DNA of 64,000 bases from Callorhinchus milii (GCF_018977255.1 NW_024704742.1:136774001-136838000), one strand, 5' to 3'; positions 33,777-46,725 are shown, counted from the stretch's first letter. Notes: generated from the letters alone by a model not told the origin. Numbers and translations: made by a program.

Positions 33777-34403
33777 GTAAGACACAACTTCATCTTAGAG
33801 CTTCTGGGGCAGCACTGCTGAGGCAGCTGTGGGGGGCGGCGGGTGGGGTGGGGCGGGGGAATACATTTACCCTCTGGGGGTGCTATCTGTGTAGAGTGTG
33901 GTACTCACAATGTGTGCTCTCCTGTGTGAAGATTTCTATATAAAAGCTAGTTGTTTGCCTGTGCTCTCAGAGTACAGTGTGGTACAAACTGAGTGTACAG
34001 CGCAGGTAACCAGAGCTCCCACATGTCATTGTGTACGTGTGTACATGTGTATGTTTATGTTTGGTGGGGTAGAGCGTGATACCAACACCCAATTACAAGC
34101 AGATGCGTATTGCCCACAAAATACACAGTCAATTGACTTTACATTATTGTTAATACAAGCGCTCTGAGACGTCTCAATGCTGTGATAAGGCGCTGTATCA
34201 AACAAAAGGATTATTGGTTGCGGCGGGATCTGGTGTGAACACACGCTCCCCGTGGCTCCGGGTTGAGATTGTTTGCGTGTAGTGACTGTACCTGCCAGTC
34301 ATGTAGGTGTGTGTGTGTGTGTGTGTGTTGGAGGTGGCGCAATGTCACTTCAATATGAATGGGTGTGTGTTCGCCTGTCTACACGTTGGCTTTGCCTGTG
34401 TGC

Positions 34404-34443
<40 letters not shown>

Positions 34444-35274
34444 GTCATGTTGGGGGAGACGCTGACTGGGGAGTGAAGTGATTTCACAGGATTTACTGGA
34501 AAGCGTGGTGGCTGTGTGTTTTGTAGGCGAGAGCGGCAGCCAAGTTAAACCAACTCCCACGAGGCAGATGACCAATTTTATGTGGGTGGGGTGGGGTGTG
34601 GAGCGGGTAGTGTTGTCGGTCAGGACTCCGGGAGAAACTCTTTTTACTAGAGAGTCAAAACGTTGACCCGAAGAGACCCAGGCGGGAGGGAGGGGGGGCA
34701 GTTTATAGTCTCATCTCAAAGATGGCAACTCTCAACAATGTGTCGCCAACCCCCCCCCCCTCCTTTCCTCCCCCCCCCCCCCCCGAGAGAAAAAGCGAGA
34801 GAGTTAAAGCTGGAAAGAGCTCTTTAAGGAACGGTTTTTATGTCTTAAGATCAGAGAGAGAGAGTGGTGTGTGTATGTAGTGGGGTGGAGTGTGTGTATG
34901 TGAGAGTGTGTGCGTGAGGGGAGACGGAGTGTATGGGGGGAATGTGTGTGTGTGTGTGGAGGGGGGGGAGAGAGCACGTGTGTGTTTGGGGGGTGGGGAG
35001 TGTAAGAGCGAGTACAGGCGGGTACTTTGGCAGCACATTAAATAGCCACAGAGGAAGCTGCAGCTTAAATAAAATAGAAAGGGCTCTTTTTAAGAAAAAT
35101 GCTTTTCGGCCGTTGATACGATCTGTGTGTCTGGGGAGGGAGAGTGTGTGTCAGGGCGGTGGGGGTGGGGACGGAGAGCCTCAGGAAACATGCCCAGGTG
35201 CTGGAAGGTTAGGCTCGGGGATGGGGGTTGGGGGGGGGGGTCACTAAGATTAGGAGACCTTTTCCCTCCCCAAA

Positions 35275-35620
35275 CACACACTCCCTTCCCCACATACACG
35301 CCTCTCCACATACACACTCTCCCCTCTCCACACACACACACCGACCGACACCTCTCCACATACCCACACACACACACGCCCCTCCCCACATACACAGCTC
35401 TCCACATATACACACCGCACACACTCCCCTCCCCACACATACACACCTCTCCACATACACACTCTCCCCTCTCCACACACACAACGACACCTCTCCACAT
35501 ACCCACACACACACCTCTCCGCACACACACACTCCTCTCCCCACATACACACCTCTCCGCATATACACACTGCACACACTCCCCTCCCCACACACATCTC
35601 TCCACACACACACACTACCC
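35275..35620. repeat. CA/CT-rich degenerate minisatellite
   Basis: Repeated cctctccacatacacac / actcccctcccca units. Confidence 0.8.
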
Positions 35621-36304
35621 CCCCCCCGCGCCCCAGCCCCAGCCCAGGCTGGGATCTGAAAGCCACCAGACTGCTGGTGTGGAATTTCATCCCTGTTAAA
35701 AAAATATGCTTGCAAAAACAGATTTTTTTATACCGTTCTTTCTTTCTCTGCCTCACTTTCTCTCTCCCTCCTTCCCTAACACCCCCCCTTCTCTTTCTCT
35801 CCCTCCCCTCTCTCTCTCTCTCTCTCCTTCGTTCCTTCCTTCTCTCACCCTACCGGGGGCTTCCTGTATAAAATAACACATCCCTCTCTCCCTGATCACT
35901 GAGTTGAGTTGGGAGACTGGGGCGGGCGGAGGGGGGGGTGGGAGGGACACTGTTGAAGTCCCAGCCTATGTTTGGCACAAGTTTGGAGTTTGCTATTTTG
36001 TGGGTTTCTAACCTCACAGGATGTGTTTCTCTATCGCAGCAGAAACGGGGAGGGGGGGTGCGGTGGCGAGGGGAGAGGGAGGGAGGGGAAGGGGGCTTTT
36101 GCCTTTGCTCAGTTTGTAGCAGGATATTTCGGCTCGTTTAAGAAAAAAACACAAAGCAATGCTTGTGTTTTCTCTCAGTCTCTCTCTCTCTCCCACACAC
36201 TCCCTCACATACTCGCGCTCAGCTCACACAGTCTCTCTCCCTTTCTCTCCCCCTGAAGTCAGACCAGCTCAGTGCTGACGGGGGGGGGGGGGTGGGGGGA
36301 AGCA

Positions 36305-36412
36305 CTTCATTGTTGGAGGTGCCGTCTTTCAGATGAGACGTTAAATGTCAACCGAGCTCCCGTCTGTGTGGAAAATAGTGGGCGCCATTCGAAAAAAAAA
36401 GAGAAGGGAGTT

Positions 36413-36452
<40 letters not shown>

Positions 36453-36925
36453 CAGTGTCCTGGCTTGACCATTAACCCCAGATATATTTTTTAAAAAGTA
36501 ACCGTTTACTTCCACGGCTGTGCGTGGGAAGTTGCTGTGCGCAATTGGCTGCCGCGTTTCGCCCTCAAAATACCCAGTCACTACGCTTCACAGTAAATCC
36601 TGTGAAGGACCCGGGTTCGATTCCTGGGCGCAGTGAACCTTAGGCAAGTTTCCTTACTCCACGCGCCTCTGTTTACCCGGCAGTGAGCATGAACCCGATT
36701 GTTAGTCAATTGGCAGAGATTGCTTTCCAAGGCTAATAATTCCTTATTATTCTTTAATCTGGTGATTTAACCCACGACTGTTTGTGGGGACACTGCTGGG
36801 CGCAATTGGTTGCCAGGTTTCACCCACAAAAATACACGAGTCACTACACTTTACGGTATATTCCGTGAAGCGCTTTGAGACGTCTCAACAACGTGATAAG
36901 GTGCGATATTGTTGTTGTTGTTATG
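36305..36925 (+). mobile_element. Family-B SINE (36305-36605) immediately followed by a family-A SINE (36605-36925)
   Basis: Deu core, then the shared 3' half interrupted at gtgaag by ggacccgggttcgattcc. Confidence 0.78.
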
Positions 36926-37164
36926 AGTGCTTCGCGACGTCTTTCGGATGCGCAGCTGTAAGGGTGGACTATTTTGTTAAGCTCCTCTTCAATCTCCTCC
37001 AGATGTGTATATCCCTTGTTCACGTTCTCCTCCCTCTACCCACTCTGGTCTGTTTGTTCCTGGTTCGTTCCTTCCTCAAACAAACAAGTAGATAGGCAAT
37101 TTGAGGTTGGAGGCAGAGGATGGGAATATAAACCAGGAGAACAGGGATAAGACTTCCCCTCTTC

Positions 37165-37197
<33 letters not shown>

Positions 37198-37399
37198 GCC
37201 CGTGTCAGGCCCCAGAGAGACGCGAATATCACTAATTATTCAATAAGCTTTGGCCTCGCAGTGGTTGGGTGGCCTGTGCCTTTAAGATCCCGCACACTCC
37301 CTGCTCCTTGCAGGAATGTCGGCCAGGAATGTGGCAGGCATCTTGCAGACAGTGTCTTTATTACTGGGGTCTCGAAAGGGCTTGTGTTCCTTAACCCGT

Positions 37400-37965
37400 T
37401 CCTCTCCCCGTCCCTCCCTCCCTCCCACCGCTCTCACTTTCTCTCCTCCCCTCCCCCACAATCTCCTCTCCCATCCTCTCTCTCCCCCTCACCCTTTATT
37501 TCCTCCCTTCCTTCCTTCCATCCCTCCCTCCCTCCCTCCCATCACCTACTCTTCACCCCCCGCAACTCTTCCCGTCTCTCCCTCGCTCTCTCTCGCTCAT
37601 CCTATTCTTCACTCCCTCCCTCTCTCCCTTCCTCCCTCCTCTCTCTCATTTCCTCACTCACTCCCTCCTCTCACTCCTCTTCCCTTCGCTCACTCCCTCG
37701 CTCTCTCCCTCTCTCACTCCCTCTCTCACTCCTTTTCCCGTCGCTCACTCTCTCGCTCACTCTCTGCCTCTCTCGCTCCTCATCCCTTCTCTCCCTCCCT
37801 CCCTCCCTCCCTCCATCTCTCCCTCCCTCCCTCCCTCCATCTCTCACTCCCTCCTTCTTTCTCTCACTCCCTTCTTCATTCTCTCCCTCCCTCGTTCTCT
37901 CTCTCAATCCCTCTCCCACTGCTCGTCCCCTCTCTCACTCCCTCCATCCCTCTCCCTCTCTCACG
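37400..37965. repeat. Polypyrimidine (CT-rich) low-complexity tract of about 560 bp
   Basis: Almost exclusively C/T on the + strand. Confidence 0.9.
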
Positions 37966-39459
37966 CGGTAGCCAATTGCGCACAGCAGTGTCCCACAAAC
38001 AGTCGTGAATCGAGTGACCAAATTTATTTGGGGGATTATTGGCCTGGACCCAGGGAGAAATTCAGTTTCCACTTGAACGGGTACAGACGGGGAGCTCTGC
38101 TTCACGCCTCACCCAAAGTACGGCACCTCCGACAATGGCAGTGTTCCCCCCCCCCAGCACTACCCTGGAGCGTCAGCTTAGACTAGAAGCTTAACGTCTC
38201 GAATTGAGGTTCTGACAATGCAGCAGATTCCTCCCCACCCCCACCCCCCCCCACTCCCACACCCCCAAAAACACACCACAACAACAACAACAACAGCCCA
38301 GCATTGAGTGGGAGCGTCAGCCTGGTCCGTGAGCTCAAAGCCCTGACGCACAGGCTCGAACACGCAACCTTCTGACCAGAGACGAGGCGTGGAGGCTACC
38401 AACTGAGACACAGGGCGATACCATGTTCGATGTGAAACATGAATCACCCCCCTCACGCCACCCCCACCCCCCCTCCCCCCCCCCCCCACCCTCTCGTGTC
38501 CTGATGGTAGGATCTTGGCAATTCTCTGCAGCCTGGCTGTGGCTCGGTGATTAGCATTGGGATGTGGCAGTCTGCTTCTTGTTTATAGACCCATCAACCC
38601 TTCCTGCCGTGGAGCCAAGCACATTCTTGGCTTAGAAGCTGGCTTTGATTTTCACTGAGGGGTGGGGGGGGGGGGGGGGGAGGGGGAAACGGAGTGGGGA
38701 GGGGGCACAGTCTCGCTCTCGCTCTCTCTCTCTCTCTCTCTCTCTTTCTGTCGCGTTTACAAGCTCGGACGTGCAAATAGGGAAAGGAATGACGGCTTCA
38801 TTGGAACTCGCTCCCCCTCCCGTCGTGGAAAAAAAAACCTTTCTTGTTCTGCGTTAAAGGGGAAGTCCGTTCCGTCTCAAGTCTCTCGAGCCTCCGTCTC
38901 TCTCTCTCTCTGACTGTGTGAATGAAAGTGTGACGTCTCCAGTTATAGACAGACTTTTTGCCCTCTCTCGTACACCCCTTCACACCCCCCCCCACAAATT
39001 CCCCCCCTCTCCCACTCCCCACACACACACACACACACACACTGGTTCCCATTCATTGCTTTTAATGAATTAGAAATCCAGGCACCTTATTTATGATGGA
39101 GTCTGTCCACATCATAACGTCTCAAAAGGCTTCACAGGGGATTGCTGTTGAGCGTAGGTAGTGGTTATACTTTCTCGTCCCTGACGGTGACTGAAATTTC
39201 CAATTTCTGCCAATTTCGAATTTGATATCTTTTTGAAATTTGAATTTTTTTGGGGGGGGCGGGAAATTCAAATTCCTACCCCTCATGTCACGCTCCCTCT
39301 CACATTAAGACCTTAGTCAACCTGGCTCAGTCACTGCGTTGTTTGAGACACCATCTTTCAGGTGAGGTGTTAAACTGAGGCCGTGACTGCCAGGTTAAAC
39401 ATCCCACGATTCTAATGGATGGAGAAGGGAGTTTACAACACACTATGATACCCTTTGTG

Positions 39460-39775
39460 CAGTCCTGTAGTGTAGTGGTTAGAGCAAGAGGACCTGGGTT
39501 CGATTCCCGGGCAGGGCAAAACCTTTCCTAACTGCACACACCTCTGACGGATCGCTTTTCCGGGGGTAACAATCTCTTCAAGATAAATAAACAAAAATAA
39601 TTGGTCACTCAATCCATCACTGTTTGTGGGGACGCTGCTGTGTGTAATTGGCTGCCGGGTTTTGCACACAAAATGTACAGTCAATTCGCTTTAGAGTATA
39701 TTCTGCGAAGCGTTTTGAGATGTCTTGAAGACGTGATAAGGCGCTGTATCAAATACAAGGATTACTATCATTATG
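39460..39775 (+). mobile_element. tRNA-derived SINE, family A (internally deleted)
   Basis: Head gtcctgtagtgtagtggttagagc, partial body, and tail. Confidence 0.8.
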
Positions 39776-39959
39776 AATTTTCCCTGGTGTCCTGGTTAAC
39801 AACGCTCCCGGAATTTATCTACAAGAATGCAGTCACTACACTTTGATGTTTGCGAAGCGATTCGAGACATTTCAGTGGCGTGATAAGGAATTATCATCAG
39901 CCACGATGATTACTATCCGCTCTCTGCTCTCCTGACGCTATCTCTCACACCCTCTCTAC

Positions 39960-40080
39960 TATCTCGCCTCGGTGTCTAGACAGCGTGACAGCTATGTTGT
40001 GTTTACCTCTGGCGGTGGCGGCGGCGGTGGCGGGGGAACACGGCCACCCAAGCCCCAATCCTGCCCTTGACCAATGTCCA
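39960..40080 (+). promoter_or_regulatory. Candidate intron-3 Smad enhancer: GTCTAGAC 39974-39981, Forkhead TGTTTAC 40000-40006, GGCG cluster, CCAAT boxes
   Basis: Motifs read directly; function inferred. Confidence 0.5.
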
Positions 40081-40831
40081 AGTGTGTGTGTGTCTGGCAC
40101 ATTCGCTCTTGAGTCACAAGGTCATGTTAGGACTTTGAGCACACAACACGTCACAGTACTGGATGGGGGAGGAGAGAACTGCATTGCATTGTTAGACGTA
40201 GAATTGATTGGAAAGGCCTGAGGGTGATTTGATGGTGTAGTGACTGTGTTACAGGCAGGGCAGTTTTGAACGGGCCGGTCACCTGGCTGCAGTGTCAGCC
40301 CATTGCATAATCCTGGCCCCTCAGACAGACAGACTTCTCCACTGAGCTTGAGGATGAAAAACATGTCAGACTCTGTGACCCACTTACTGTGTTATTCTGG
40401 CTGTTGGCAATTCATCCTATCATCGTCTCACAACATTTCTACCAATGTCACTGCACAACACTCTATCCTCACTCACTCCCACTTCTCTACTGTCGTTCTC
40501 TCTCTCTCTCTCTGTCTCTCTCTCCGACACATTCACTCTCACCGACACACACACACACTCTCTCTCTCTCTCTCCGACACATTCACTCTCTTCACACATT
40601 TTCTCTCTCACATTCTCGCACACATTCTGCCACTCCGCACATGTACTCTCAGGCATTCTGTCTCTCAATCTGTCTCTCTCTCTCTCTCTCGCGCTCTCTC
40701 TCTCTCTCTCTCGCATGCTCTTTCTTGCACACGTACTCTCACTCGTGCGTAGTGTCTCTCACACTCGCACATTAACTCTCACTCATAACGTCTCATTCAT
40801 TGTCTCATACATTCTCTCTCTCACTCTCTCT

Positions 40832-40868
<37 letters not shown>

Positions 40869-41113
40869 TCGTTGGTTGCTCAGTCGCTTCCTGGATTAGA
40901 TTACATTGACAAACTCACATCCTATAAGGGCCCCGGTTACTGTTCCGGTCTAAATTGAGTCAAAATATTGGGCCTGAGTCAGGCTGTGAGGCTGGAGCCA
41001 GTGCTGGGCGGTTCATGTCTCAATGGTCTGTGAATACCCAACACAGCGCTAGGAATCATGCTAACATGAGAGAGAGATCGCGTGCGAGAGAATGTGTATG
41101 GGAGAGAGAGAGT

Positions 41114-41144
<31 letters not shown>

Positions 41145-42461
41145 CGTCTGTGTGTGTCGCAGTGTCAGATTGGGTGTGTGTGACAGAGTGAGCGTGTGAA
41201 AGAGAGCGAGTGTGCGAGAGAGCGTGCGAGTCAGCGAGTGTGCGAGTGAGGGCGCGTGTCAGAGCGCGAGAGTGAGTGTGTGTGTGTGTGAGTATCAGAG
41301 GGTGTGAGAGAGAATACTCTTCCCCCAAAAGGCTGTGGGCGCTGGATCCAGTCACATTTTCAAGAGCGCATTGGGATAGATATCTGTTCGGTCGGGGTAT
41401 CAAGCAGTACGGGGCAAGGGTGGGCTCCGCAGGGTGTCCCATCAGCGTAGCTCTATATGCTTGGGGATTGCCTCTTTAAATTTTCCCCATGGCTCTCGAA
41501 CCTCAGCCTAACACCCCCCCCCCCCCCCCCGGGTGCCCTCTGGGACCCTTATATCCTGCGTGACGATTGCGGTATAAACGCAAGTTGTTGTCGTTGTTGT
41601 TGTTGCTGTTGCTCTGCACGTGAGGCAAAACCTAACCCCAGACAGCGAGCCGACAAAGCTTAATCATTAACTGCGTCTGGCTTCCTGATCAACGTTCCTC
41701 CTTCCCAGTCGCACGCTCTCTCCCTCTCTCCTCCCCTCCCGCCCCCCCCCCCACCCCCACCCCCACCGCCCACTCACTCACCAAACCCTGTCTGCAAATC
41801 CACGTGCTTTTTTACTGGAGTCCAATAGCACACTCGGCCCCACGACTGTTTGTGTGGACGCTGCCCAATGGACCGCAGTGTTTCGCCCACAAAACATACA
41901 GTCGCTGCACTTTACGCGATATCCTGTGAAGCGCTTTAATACGTCTCGAAGACGCGATAAGGGGCGATAGCAAATGCAATGATTATTATTGTTATGTATT
42001 ATTATTGGTTAGGACCCTCGCCTCGCAAGCGAGAGGACCCGGGTTTGATTCCCGGTCGGGGCGAAGTTTCCTTCCTTACTACCCCCCTCTTTCTCTCTCT
42101 CTCCCCCCCCCACCCCCTCCCCACTCGCCCCCACCCCCACCGGCCAGAGGTTGAGGAGATTTGAAAGTGTGCAACAGAACTGGGTCAATATCAGTGCGAC
42201 ACTTACTCACTCACCCTCATACACTTACACGCACTCTTACACACTCATTTACACACTGGAACTCACACTTAGCACTTGTTTACACTCGTTTACTCGACAC
42301 ACTCGCACTGCCAACACACTCGCAACACTCACGCTCAGATATTCTCATAAAGATGCTCATGTATTCTCACACACCCCCTCACAGGTTCACACTCCCTAAC
42401 ACCCTCACGCACACATAGCTACTCACACACACTTACACGCTCACTCTGTCTCTCTCTCACA

Positions 42462-42495
<34 letters not shown>

Positions 42496-43454
42496 AGAGT
42501 TCTGGATTCCTGTCATTTTACGGTGCGTTTTTGATGTAAAAAGCTATTAAAATTAATGCGTTACAGACCCCTCTGCCCTTCCTCACTCCTCCCCTCCTTA
42601 TGTTCGTTCCCTCTTCCCCTTCCCTCCGTAATGATGGGAGCCAGCGAGAAGCTGGGCTGAGGTTTACGAGGGGCACAGTTAAGGGGGGAGAGCGAGAGAG
42701 AGGGGGGCAGCAAAGGGAGAGAGAGAGAGACGGCTTCTAAAGTGATGGGCTCGTGGCTCGATGATTTTGCTCTGTCTCTCTCTCTCTCTCTCCCTCTCTC
42801 TCTCTCCGCACCCCCTCCCTCCCTCATGGGCCCTCAGAGCTAACATTAAACAACATAAGCTCCTCAGCCAGGACTGTTAAGCAAGCGGCGAGTTAGTAAA
42901 ATATTGATGTGTGTGTGTGTGTGCGTGTGTACGTACGCGTCATGTTCTTACATTAATTATTGAGACTGAAGCTACAGTTAGTTACAGGGCACAAAGGCTT
43001 CTCGCTGAGCCTGGCAGCCAGGTTAATACACAGCCCCCACCCACCGCAGCCTGTCCGTGCCCACCGAGGAGGGGAGGGGAACGAGGGGAGGCTGGGCTTC
43101 ACTGGGTGCGGGTGGGGAGGTAGAGGTGGGGACATTTGTAATTAATACAACTACCATTATGTACCCAGCAGAAAGGGAGACGGAGTAAGAGAGTCACGGG
43201 TCGAAAGGGACAGACACACAGAGGGAGAGAAACAGACGCAGAGCGAGATAGGGAGATGAACAGATATAGAACGGGAGAGAAGGGTATGGAGGGAAAGAGA
43301 TAGGTACAGAGGAGAGGGAGAGGAACAGACACAGAGTAAAAGAGCCAGACACAGAGGTAGAGACACAGACACAGAAGGAAAGAGAGAGGCACAGAGGGAT
43401 AGAGACTTAGAGAGGGATAGACACAGAAGGAAAGAGAGAGAGAGCGGGACAAAA

Positions 43455-43775
43455 GGGAAAGAGAGATAGAGAGGGACACAGAGGGAAAGAGAGATAGAGA
43501 GGGATAGACACAAAGGCAAAGAGAGATAGAGAGGGATAGATACAGAGGCAAAGAGAGATAGAGAGGGGATAGACACAGAGGGAAAGAGAGATAGAGAGGG
43601 ATAAATACAGAGGGAAAGAGAGATAGAGAGGGATAGACACAGAGGGAAAGAGAGATAGAGAGGGATAGATACAGAGGGAAAGAGAGATAGAGAGGGATAG
43701 ACACAGAGGGAAAGAGAGATAGAGAGGGATAGATACAGAGGGAAAGAGAGATAGAGAGGGATAGACAGAGGGAAA
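43455..43775. repeat. 32-bp minisatellite (AGACACAGAGGGAAAGAGAGATAGAGAGGGAT), about 10 copies
   Basis: Units start at 43571, 43603, 43635, 43667, 43699 and 43731; flanks are degenerate from about 43200. Confidence 0.92.
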
Positions 43776-45094
43776 GGGAACAATACAGAGAGAAAGAGAT
43801 AGACACAGAGCATCAGAGAGACCCACAGACATGTGTATGCATGTACATATTTAATAGTAATCATAATACTTGCATTTGATATAGTGCTGACTTTGAGGCG
43901 TCTGAAAGCGCTTCACGGGATATACTGTAAAGTGTAGTGACTGTATATTTTGTGGGTAAAACGCGGCGGCCAAATATGCACAGCGGCGTCCCGCAGACAG
44001 TCGCGGTTTGAAGCGACCAAATTATTTTAATTATAATATTATTTGCATTACATATCATTGAAGTCTAGATTAGGTGTGAACAAGAGCGTGCGCGCGCGTT
44101 TGTGTGTGTGTGTGTGTGTGAGTGCGTGCGGGTTTGCGTGCAGGCCTGGTTTTATGCCTGTGTTTGTGTGTGCGCTTGTGTGCGCACATCCTTTTATTTG
44201 TGTAAACACAGGAGATAATGGGAGGGTGAGGGCTGCGGTGAGGTGACAGGGCACGTGTGAGGCTTGGCTGATTGATGCACTCTGGCCCAGTGCCTGGGAA
44301 TGGTTTCCTCAGCCCTGAAACACACGTCAGTCAGCCCAGCCACATGTGTCTTGCAGCTCAGCTCAGTCTTGTAAACATTTACCTTATAATGTGGTGGTGT
44401 GTGTGTATGTATGTGTGTGTGTGTGTGTGGGTGTGTGAGTCTCTGAGAAAGGCGTCAGCTTGGATTAGTCCCTGCAACCTCTCACCTCCCAGTCGGGATA
44501 TTACTAATCATCCTTGCATTTGACATGATCACGTCTTCGAGATGTCTCAAAGCGCTGGACAGGATATACTGTGAAGTGGAGTCACTGCGCACGTTGTGGA
44601 TGAAACGCGGCAGCCGATCGCGTACAGTGGTGTCCCACAAACAGATTCATCGATTGATTGCGAAGGAAGCACTTTGAAATGTTGTTTCGCCCACAAAATA
44701 AAGTCAACGCACTTTACAGTATATCCCGTGGAGCGCATTGAGACATCTCCGGTCCGTGATAAGGCGCTGTATCAAACGGAGGGATTAGTGGAGTCAAGTA
44801 ACATAAGAGGCTACTTTTTTGTTAAAAAAAAGGTGGTCGCTCAATCCACGGCTGTTTGTGGGACAATGCTGTGTGAAATTGGCTGCCGCAATTCGCCTAC
44901 AAAATATACGGTCACTACACTTCATTGCCAGTGATTTATTTACTCCGTGAATCCCCTTGAGAGGTTCAAACGACATGATGAGGCACCATATCAAATGCAT
45001 GGATTATTATTGTTGTAGAATTATTATAGTGGTGAATGTGGTTGTTATTTAACGGCTAACCATCTCTCTCTCTCTCCCTCTTGTTCCCGTGTAG

Positions 45095-45633
45095 ATTCCC
45101 GAATAAGCCAGGAGTTGGGGAGCCGCGCTCACTGGTGTGTGGTGGCTTACTGGGAGGAGAGGACTCGGGTTGGCCGGCTGTACACGGCACAGGAACCCTC
45201 CCTCGACATCTTCTATGATCTACCTCACGGGAACGGCTTCTGCTTGGGGCAGCTGAACTCGGACAACAAGAGCCAGCTGGTCACTAAAGTCCGCAGGAAG
45301 ATAGGCTACGGGATTCAGCTGAGCCGGGAGCGAGACGGAGTCTGGGTGTATAACCGCAGTCACTACCCCGTCTTCATCAAGTCCGTGACTCTGGATAACC
45401 CCGACTCCAGGACATTGCTGGTGCACAAGGTGTATCCAGGCTACTCCATCAAGGCTTTTGACTATGAGAAGTCCTGCAGCTTACAGAGGCCGAACGACCA
45501 CGATTTCACACACGAACCTTGGTCGGGCTACAGTGTGCAGATCAGCTTTGTGAAGGGATGGGGCCAGTGTTACACCAGGCAGTTTATCACCAGCTGTCCA
45601 TGCTGGCTCGAAGTGTTCTTTAACAACCGATGA
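45095..45633 (+). CDS. SMAD7: SMAD7 coding exon 4 (MH2 domain; DSRISQELGSRAHWCVVAYWEE...PCWLEVFFNNR*)
   Basis: Polypyrimidine tract plus gtgtAG acceptor at 45093-45094, phase 1. HWCVVAYWEE and SFVKGWGQCYTRQFI motifs present. No C-terminal SSXS, as expected for an inhibitory Smad. TGA at 45631-45633. Confidence 0.98.
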
Positions 45634-46260
45634 CTCAAAAGTAGACCAAGAGATGGAGACCGCAGACACACACACACACAGACAGACTGACCCACCACAA
45701 AACTGACCCGACCCTTCTGTGTGTTTCTGTGAACGGACCCGGGGTCCAGGAAACGGGGTGGGGGGGTGTTTTCCGACGTAAAGAGACTTTCGATCGAAAA
45801 CTTCACAGGATTTTAATAAGGAGAAAGTGGGGGCATTTCCCCCCTTCCTCTCCCCCCCCCACCCCAAACCCTCCCCCCCCCCACCCCACCCCTGCAATGA
45901 AAACAAAGTGTATTTTATGTTATATATAAATCTATTATATTACTGTAAATACGGAGATGTTTTATAGCATTATTTATGTACTGTGCAATGTGTAAGCCAG
46001 ACAATTAACAAAAAAATGCACTTTGCTTCACATAAATGCAATTACAGATGTAAAAGAGAGCGTGAGCACGAGAGAGAGAGATTAAAATAAATAAAAACGC
46101 CAAAATGTCCGAAATACCACGAGATTGGTGTTCTTATGGGTGCTAAGAAAATATGAAGAAGAAAGAATGTGTTGTTTTTTTTTAAAAAAAAGAAAAAAAT
46201 ATAGAGCAGATTTTGTTCCGGTGGGAAAGAAAAATAAAATAAAATTATACACGTGACTCA
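45634..46260 (+). other. SMAD7: SMAD7 3'UTR; poly(A) signals at 46086-46095 and 46233-46243
   Basis: AU-rich block at about 45900-46060 resembles the mammalian SMAD7 3'UTR (from recall). AATAAA at 46233 is followed by a GT-rich element at about 46267-46287. Confidence 0.7.
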
Positions 46261-46369
46261 CACAAATGTATGTTTTTGTTGTTTGGTGCTGAGCACTGTG
46301 GCCGATCTGGGATTTTGACAGAATGGTGTGCGGTGGTGGGAATTGGCGGAGATGGTTATAAGATGGTTA

Positions 46370-46725
46370 TAATCCTGTGACGTAGTGGTTAGAGCACTCG
46401 CCTCGCAACCGAGAGGATCTGGGTTTGATTCTCGATCGGGGCGAAACCTTAGGCAACTTTCCTTACTCCACACGCCTCTGTGTAGCTCGCAGTAAGTTGG
46501 AACTTGGGAACATAGGTTGTTAGTCCTTTGACGGATCGTTTTCCAGGGGATAATAATCCCTCCCAAAAAAAATTTGTCACTCAATCTACAATTTTTTCTG
46601 GGACATTGACTGTCGTGTTTCGCCCACAAAATACACAGTCACTCCACTTTACAGCATATCCTATGAGATGTCTCAACAACCTGATAAGGGACTGGATCAA
46701 ATGCAAGGATTATTATTATTATAAA
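46370..46725 (+). mobile_element. tRNA-derived SINE, family A
   Basis: Head, body and (ATT)n tail. Confidence 0.85.

Noticed and set aside
35090..37971. ORFs of 168-236 aa rich in H/T/P/S/L
   Set aside because: Translations of minisatellite and polypyrimidine tracts in intron 3.
43099..43864. Two 235-aa minus-strand ORFs
   Set aside because: Translations of the 32-bp minisatellite.
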